From an uncultured Candidatus Actinomarina sp. (GTDB lineage Bacteria > Actinomycetota > Acidimicrobiia > Actinomarinales > Actinomarinaceae): DNA of 55,403 nucleotides. A program made the position numbers and the translations under genes. Below, piece by piece: positions 39,067 to 48,000 of this stretch. The first letter of the stretch is position 1. The number at the start of each line of letters is the position of its first letter. Below the pieces are notes generated by a model. The model was not told the origin of the DNA and made no database searches. It saw only the letters and a program-made list of their open reading frames with translations. The stretch is from NCBI GenBank assembly GCA_902627635.1, contig CACOKA010000002.1, positions 1 to 55,403 on the forward strand, given 5' to 3'.

Positions 39067-39090
39067 TTGATTAGAATCAAATCTAATCAA
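39067..39090. promoter_or_regulatory. 24-bp palindromic element abutting the giant-gene ATG (candidate operator or promoter)
   Basis: TTGATTAGA-ATCAAA-TCTAATCAA has perfect 9-bp inverted arms and ends 1 nt before ATG 39092. It matches 54501-54524 at 20 of 24 positions. An extra half-site GATTCTA at 39044-39050 is complementary to TAGAATC at 39072-39078. Confidence 0.5.
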
Positions 39091-39091
39091 A

Positions 39092-42000
39092 ATGTTGTTG
39101 GGTAGTATGAGAAATAAGTACATTTATTGGTATTTAAATTTTGCGTCTTATATTAACTCGTCAACTATCAAAAAAATACTCAAAACAACAACTTACATTG
39201 CGTTATTTTCAATTGTATTTATCACTTCTTGGGCTGTGCCGCAAGAGGAGGCAAGTGCAAACAGTAACTGGCAATGTAACGATGCATATGCGAGAGCATA
39301 TTTTTATAAACTAGATTGGGATTATTCCTCTACTAGTTTCACTATTGATCAATATGTTGCAACAGAGACAACAACAATCCAGCGTACAACAGTTACTGTT
39401 GACTTTAGTTCAACATCCAATATTGCTGGAACGGTTAAAGGTATTAACGCGTTGGCGATGTCACCAACAGGGGTTATGTATGTAACCATAACTTCCGACG
39501 GGCATGGTACACATCTCTTTACAATTAATCGAGATACGACAACCAGCACAACAGCAACACTAACTCCACTAGCTCATATCGCAGACTACCAACAAGTCGG
39601 TGACAATAACTTTTATAGTGGTGTAAATGGATATTACGGGTTTTCATCAGGTGATTATGTTGTAAATGCCAACGGTAATGACCAAATTTATATGGCTCAG
39701 GCTGGTTTTGAGCATGGTTATATTTATAACGTTGCTACTGGTGGTGTGACAACATTTTCTGATCCAGGAATGGTCACCCCTATTAATGCCGCTGACTTTT
39801 CTTACATTGGAAGCTGGGATGGATATGAAATAGCAACATACAATGCGTTAGCAAATAAAGTTATACTCTACGACAAAGACAACAACACTATCTCTGAAGT
39901 TACGCCAACGAACTCTGCATTTTCTAATGTCTCAGCGACATTAGCTAGCTACAGTTACAAAACTCCAGAAGGAGAGATCCGTTTTATCATTGATGACGGT
40001 CTTGGTAACAGGTTTGAAGTAAAACGATTAGGCACTAATTCATATACAGTTGAACAAAAAGGAACAACATTTACTACAGACAACTCCGATGGTGCATCTT
40101 GTGGACCTAATGCATATGATCCATTTGGACCTACGTTTAAAACATCACTTGGCACCTGTGCTAGTGGTTACCAACAGCCATCTTTGCTTATTACCAACAA
40201 CAGAGGAACAACTCAGTACTTTGATGTACAGTACAGAATCTCCGGAGGTTCTTGGGTTGATCTATTAAATGGAGAAGAGATTACTCCAAATGGGCAGTTC
40301 CCCGCGAGTGGTATACCACAGGTATACAGTGGACAGACGGTCGAGTTCCAAATGCGGTACGGCTCATCTAATCCATCATCTGGAAATTTCTACACAGTCG
40401 GAGACCTTCTAACAGGTTCAGGTTGCGGTGATTATGCAGCTGGTACGGTAAGTACTTCTGCTGGAACATGTGATGGAGGATCCTCTACACCTTCAGTGAC
40501 ACTCACAAATACTGGTACAGTAACTACATATTTTGATGTGCAGTACAAGATTGGAAATGGGTCTTGGACAACATTCATTGACGGCGAGGCCGTCTCTGCA
40601 GGATCTCCAGAAACAATCTCTATGCCTGTCTCAGTTATAAATGGTCAACAAGTTCAGTTTCAATATCTTTTTGCCAACGCTAATCCAACAGCCACAACAG
40701 GATTTACTGCAGCCACTTCAAGAACGATAGATTGTCCAACATATTCAGCTACCATAACAGCTACTCCTGGAGCATCATGTACTAACGATTTTTTGTATCA
40801 CACTGTAACAGTAAATAATACTGGAAACACAACAATGTGGTTTGCAGTCGCAGAGAGAGACTACCGAGGTAACGCAAACTTTGATTGGATAGATTCACAA
40901 AGACAAATTCCTGCCGGAGAAAGTGCTGTATGGAACACAAGACTTGTATACAACGGTACAACTCCAGAGTACAAGATGGTGTATGGAACTTACAGATATC
41001 AGTACCAAGCTACAGATCTATCAAACGTGGGTCACACTGAAGGTACGTTTACGCAGAGACAAAATGGTAGTTATTTAAAATCTGGAGATAGTTGGGTTAG
41101 ATGGACCGCAAATAGCCCAGTAGATTGTGATTGGTGGGGTAATGGTGGAGCTGGGACAAACAGCAGTAATAATTATACTCTTGTAAGCCAGTCTACTAGT
41201 CAGATTTGTGATGGATCAGGTAATGCAACTATAAGACTAACTGTAACAAACTTCAATGCGTCAAACGATGCATACGCTGGTTTTATAGATGTTCAGTGGT
41301 CGACAAATAATACGAACTGGGTAGATGTAGTCGATGGTCGGGCATTAGCTGATGGGGAGAGTATCACTTTTGAATCGCCTGAACAGATAGCAACCTCCTC
41401 CACAGGATATTTTAGGTATCGAATTGCTGCGACAAACCCAACTGACTCTACAACAAATGCATCTTGGGCAGTATTTAGTAGAGAGGCAAACTGTATTGCT
41501 AGTTACTCACTATCAGCATCATTTAGTGAATGTTCAGCTACTGGTCAATACTCTACACTTTCAATAACCAACAACGAATCCCAGACTCTGTATTTCAGAG
41601 CAGTTCCTACAAGAAACGATACATATTATGATTACAGCTCAGCTAACGGTTTGAATTATGACTTTAATAGCGAAGCAATTACATTCTCTGTTCCGGCAAA
41701 TTCTACACTTACATATGATGCATCAAACAGTCCAAATATGAGAAAGCTTTACCCTGATGGAGCTTACGGATATATGCAGTGGATTGTGCAGGGCTCTTAT
41801 ATTGAGACACCGGATTGGACCAACACTACGGCGTATCCGTATGAACTCACTAACGGTCAAATACATCAATGTATACCAGATATCACTGCAAGTTATGATG
41901 TTACCGCCTGTAGCTCAGCTGGACAGACATCAACGTTGACAATAACCAACAACGAATCACAAACAATTTATTTTAAAGTTAACCCATCAAGAACTGCCTC

Positions 42001-45000
42001 AACACTCAGCGGAAGTTCTTCCTATAATTTGAACTACTTGACGTCAGATGCCACGACATTCTCAGTAGCTGCTAATACTACATATGTACACACTTCTGGT
42101 GCAAAAAACTATGCGGTTAATGAAGACGCTTACATGTTCTGGAGGATTCAAAAATCTTATTCAGAGAATCCAACTTGGAATACGCAAGCTTATCCTTATC
42201 AGTATTTAAGCTCTCCAACAAGTGGGTTAAGTTATCATCATGACTGTGATCTAAATGTAGATCCACATAATGACTACAATTATCAATACGAAACAAGACC
42301 TTCTAACGAACAAAATAGTTGTGTAGACAACAAGCAGTGGATGGGCTGGGTCTTGTATAACCAAAACTATAATGATGCCAACAGAACATCTCTGTGGTAT
42401 GCATTTGAGGTTTCAATTGATAACGGTGCCAATTTTAATACCAATAATCTTTTTTATAGAATGGATGATACTTTCCACGACAATGATTACTTCGCTGTAA
42501 ATAACGGTTCAGGAAGTCTTTCAGCTGACGGATACACGGCAGTTCAAGCAACAAATAATCTAAATATGGCAAATTCATCTAATAATCGGTACATATATCT
42601 TTCAACTAGGGCTGTATCAGGATCGATTATGAAAATAAGGTATAAAGTAGCGTATGCAGAGAATGAACTTGGCACAACTGAATGGATAACACTTGGAAAT
42701 CACAATAAAACTACAGAACAGAGAACTACTGATTGTGAACCTGAAATAAATTCATCTGGATGGGGAACAACTACTACTACTGATTCTGCAAACGATACTT
42801 TCAGCGATCTTGTTACTATTGGCGAATGTCAAAATACAATTGAAACTGGCGGTTTTGCACTCTCTACACTCACGCTTACAAGACCAAGCGGTGTGCAATA
42901 TTATCTGAACCTTTGGCAATCGACAGATAGTGGAAGTAACTGGACACCTATTGAAACTAATTATGCAATGGGTTCTACCTATACAAAAGAATTAACAGTT
43001 AATCATGCAGGCAAAATTAAATATAAATTTCAGTTCTCCTATATAAGTGGAGATTTCTCAAATTCTAATACCTATTATTCAGCGGAAAAGACAGTTAACT
43101 GTCCAACTGTTGGAGCTAGCACAGCATCTATTGCTTTAGGAACATGTGTAACTGGTGGTGCGACACCGACCATTACAATTGGCAACAATGGTTGGGCTAC
43201 TGGTTATTTTCATATACAGTACTCAACCGATCTGGGGCAAAACTATACCGACGCCTTCTATGATCCAAATAACGGTAACGCCACACTCTATCAGATGATT
43301 CTTCCAGGTGAGGTTAAAACATATACCATACAGGATACAATTCCTCAGGGTACGACAGTTGTTATGCAGTACAGATACGCAGCAACATCACCACCTACTG
43401 GTGCCTTCACCACCACGAATACAGTATTGATCGACTGTTCCTCTGATGTATCATCCGTAACATTTGAACAAAATACAACACCAGAACAATGTTTCAACGG
43501 TTCACAACAATTAAGGATAAATTACACGAACTCTTCTAGTACTACTAATTATTTTTATTACAAAATAAATAAGAATAGCCAGGGTTATGATACGAACTGG
43601 TCTGTCGCTACATTAAATGCAAATACGAGTAACGGTTCGGTGACTCTTCCAGAATCTTACGGAGACAATGATACTGTATTGATTAAATATCACATTGAGA
43701 GCACAGAAGGCGGATCATACGGTACAGAAGTTATAAATGATTTAATAACGATTGATTGTGGTACAGAGGACTTTTTTACAGTAAGTACAGATTATGTATC
43801 TTGTAACCTCTATGGAGCTGATAAGTTAGAGTTTAAATTTCAAAGAAACAGTACTTCAGCATCCTTTAATTACAATTCATACATTCATATAGAAGCTGAA
43901 ATCTCACATGATGGCAACATATGGAAACCACTGGGCAGAATGCAGTATTCAAACCAAAGTACCGGTAGTTGGTTCTCTAGCTCTGGAACTAAGGGAAATT
44001 TAAACGATACTCACCCTACATACTGGGGATATATTAGGCCAAGTAACTTTAGCACTGGTCATCATGTATCCGGCGTAATTCTTACTGACTCAACACATCA
44101 GTACCAAATAAGATATAGAACATATTCCTCAACGACTAACAACCTTACTATGGGTAATTTTACTGGGGTCTTTACAACATTAACTATCCCAGCAGATACC
44201 AATTGTGATCAGAATGATGTAGAACCTGTCACACTTATTACTACGCAGTTGACTTGTTTAGAAAATAAAGGACAGGTTGAGTTTACGTTTAATGACACTA
44301 CGGTTACCCATTTAGATCCTTATCAAGCTGCAAGACTTTTCTATCAATACTCAACAAACGGGGGTGTTACGTGGTCTAAACATATAGATCAGAGAGCGGC
44401 TTTATCTAATACGACAACTATTAATTTGCCAGGTGTGAAAGTAACAAATGGTACTGTGCTAAAAATGAAATGGGGTTACGTAAGAGATCATTCCATGCCT
44501 TATACTTCCAATTCTTATACGACGTATCACAACACCTATTCAAGTTCAAACCTCAACGCAAGGCAGTTTGACTATATAGGCGGTTTGACAAGTACAGGGT
44601 CATATTATGAGCACTATAGAGTTGATGATTCTTCAAATGAATTCAATGCTAATTTCATGAGCCATAATATGGTCAACACAGTAGATGTAAGTGTTGATTG
44701 TGATCCGGACTCAACTTACTCTCAAACATTAACGACTTGTGAATGTAATGATTTGGGAGCAACCTCTACATTAGAAATTACAAATAATGACAACTACACC
44801 TCTTACTACAAGGTGGAATACAAGATTGGAAATGGTCAGTGGGTATCAGCCACGGATTCCTTAGAATCTGCCTTCGATATTTCGGTTAGTGGTGGCTCGA
44901 CTAATGATAGTTTGTCAAAATTTGTTCCAGATGGAGAGACCATACAGTGGAGAATAAAAGACACAACTAATGGTGGTGACTTTGATGGTCAAGAGTGGGA

Positions 45001-48000
45001 AGAAGTAACTGCTAGTGCAACAATTGATTGTGGTTGTGCAGGCGGTTCAGTAGATATAAACGTAGGCACCTCAACTTGTGGAAACGGCTCTTCTACACCA
45101 ATCATAAACCTAGTTCCATCAAGTTCTGACACAGCTTATTTCACTGTTCAATACAAGAGAAATACTGATAACGACTGGGTTTCATTTAAGACATCGGAAT
45201 CTGTAACAAATGGACAAACTGAAAACCATACTATGCAAGTCACTGTTGTGCACCAGGGAACAATCCAAGTTCGTTATAAAGTTAATAAAATTTTGAGTAA
45301 CTTAAATGCACAGGAATGGAATTACACGGATACAAAGACAATCAATTGTCCTTATAGTTTAGTAACAGTAGAAGCACAATATTCAAGTTGTGGATCGAAT
45401 TTCAGAGCAGCAACATTTAAGGTAACTAATACCGGCGCTTCTACATCTGCTGCTAAATTCCGTGTTCAGTACAAAATTGTGACGCCTACTACAACAGTCA
45501 CAGATTGGACAAACTCCTCGTTAATAGATACTGTAGTTGCTCCAGGAGCCTCCCAGGTAAGTTCAGATAATATACAAATAACTGAAGGACAGAAAATTAT
45601 CTGGAGATACGAATCTGTCAATACTTCTGCAGACTTCTTAAACAACTGGACAGAAGATGATACAAGTGGTTATGTGAACTGTGTAATAAATGTAACAGTC
45701 ACTAACTCAATGGGTTCTTGTGATAACGGATCTCAAACAGCGACACTTAATGTAACAAATGATGAAACAAACAATACTGTTTATTTCAAGGTTCATTATA
45801 AAACTGGCAATACTTGGATTTTAAAAGATCCAAATTTAGAAGTTGGTTCCAGTTTTACAAATAGAACATTAACTGTTGATGTTCCACATGATAAAAATAT
45901 TCAATGGAAATATCAGGTTAGTAATACACCTAATGATTATGCAAATGCGGAAGTCGTAGAACTCACGGCTTCAGCTACTGTTGATTGTGTAATTCTTGAT
46001 GCAACCGGGTCTTCAGCATTTGGGTCCTGTATAAGTGGTCAAAGAAGATCAACTTTTACTATGCAAAACTCTTCTTCTGCCAATGATGGAGCATACTTTT
46101 ATGTTCAATATGATTTGAGTGGCGATAATCAATCTTGGCAGTATCACACGAGCGGCCAAGCAAATTTCGTAGGTGTGGGAGCGCAAAATGTCATACATCA
46201 AAGCGTCCCTAATGGAGAAACAATTCAATGGAGATACTATCCAATGACCTCAGCTACAGCTCCTGCTGAAAGTGACTGGATAAATGAAAGTACTCAAACT
46301 CCAGAGGATTGCTCACTAGATACACTCATCAGTCATACATTAGATACATGTATAAGCAATAGCCAGGTATCTAATTTTGTCTTAACCAACAACACGGCTG
46401 GAGAGGTACATTATCATGTCCAGTATTTTATTGAGGGTACCTCAGCATATGCTGACGCAGATAATGACTTGATACTTTCCGCAGGTTCACCACAGGGATT
46501 CACACAGACTGTAGCTTCTGGAAAATATATCCAATGGCGTTATAAAGCAGCAACTTCTAATGCTGGTTTGGCATCTGCAACCTGGGTTGATCACACTGAC
46601 AACTCCGCATTTAAAAAGACTATAAATTGTGAAAACATTGATCCGAGTGTTGTTCAATCATTTGGTCTTTGTTATAACGACACAAAGAATGTGAAGTTCA
46701 TAATAAAAAATAGCTCAAGCGCTACAACTTCAGCATATTTCAAAGTTCAGTACAAAATTGGTTCTGGAGAATGGATTGATAAATCAGACCAAGAAATAAG
46801 TGTAGGTGGTCAATTTTCACATTCACAAAATGTTCCAGCTGAACAGACGATACAGTGGCAATATAAAGTTGCAAAAACTCAAGCAGATCTTCCAACTGGA
46901 TGGACAACTTTAAATGCGACAACTATTACCTGTAATGGTGAAGATATCTCTATTACAATGGATCCCGCCTGTGATGCTAATGGCTACAAGACCTCAAAGT
47001 TAAATATATTCAACTCAAGTTCGGGAAATTTATACTATCAAGCCCAATACACATTTGAAGGAGCTAATAGCAACAACTGGACTACTGCAGCTGAACAAGT
47101 TGTGGTATCGACTGGAAATTCAACATTCGTACCAATATCTGTCCAACAGGGACAAGCAATAACGTGGAGATACAAAGTCTCTGAAACGGGAAATGATTTT
47201 GATTCTTTAACCTGGACTACACCACCGACCTCAGAGGTAGTCGATTGTACAGGGGTAAGTATTTCGACTCCATATACTTCATTAAGTCAATGTGTCTCTG
47301 GTGCAAAGACTTCAACTTTCAACTACTCCACATTGTCAAATAGCGCAAACGCAGCTTATTTCCACATACAATACAGAATTGATGGTGGAGCATGGATTAA
47401 TAAAGTAACATCCTCTGATGGAACGCTTGCTGCAGGGCAGTCTAATTCGGTTACACACTCTGTAACCTCTGGTAGTACTATCGAATGGCAATACAAAGCT
47501 GCTTACAACACCACAGCTTTAACAAATGCAAGCTTTATTTCTCTTGCAGCAGGAGCTGAAGAGGTTGATTGTGGAGTCCAACTAACAGTAAGTCATGGAT
47601 TCAGCACATGTACAAATCAAACAGCAACTTCTACACTTTTATTGAAAAACACAGGTGCAACCCCAATGCTTGTTACGGTACAATCTAAACTCAATACTGG
47701 AGATTGGGCTACCGAAGTATCGACATTTGAAATAACTGCTGGTAATGAAATATCGTTAGACAAAACAATAGTAAGTGGTCAAACGATTAGCTGGAAGTAT
47801 AAATATGCTGGAACGGTCGTAAAACTTACATCTGCATCAGAGACAACAATGGACACGATACCGGCACTAGATTGTGAAACACCTATTCTTAATCAAGTCG
47901 CTGTTAGTAATGTTCTTAAAGAGTGTGTTGCAGGAAAGAGAATATCAGAATTAACATTTACAAATAACTCAAATGAGACAGTGTATGTTGAGGCTTTGTA

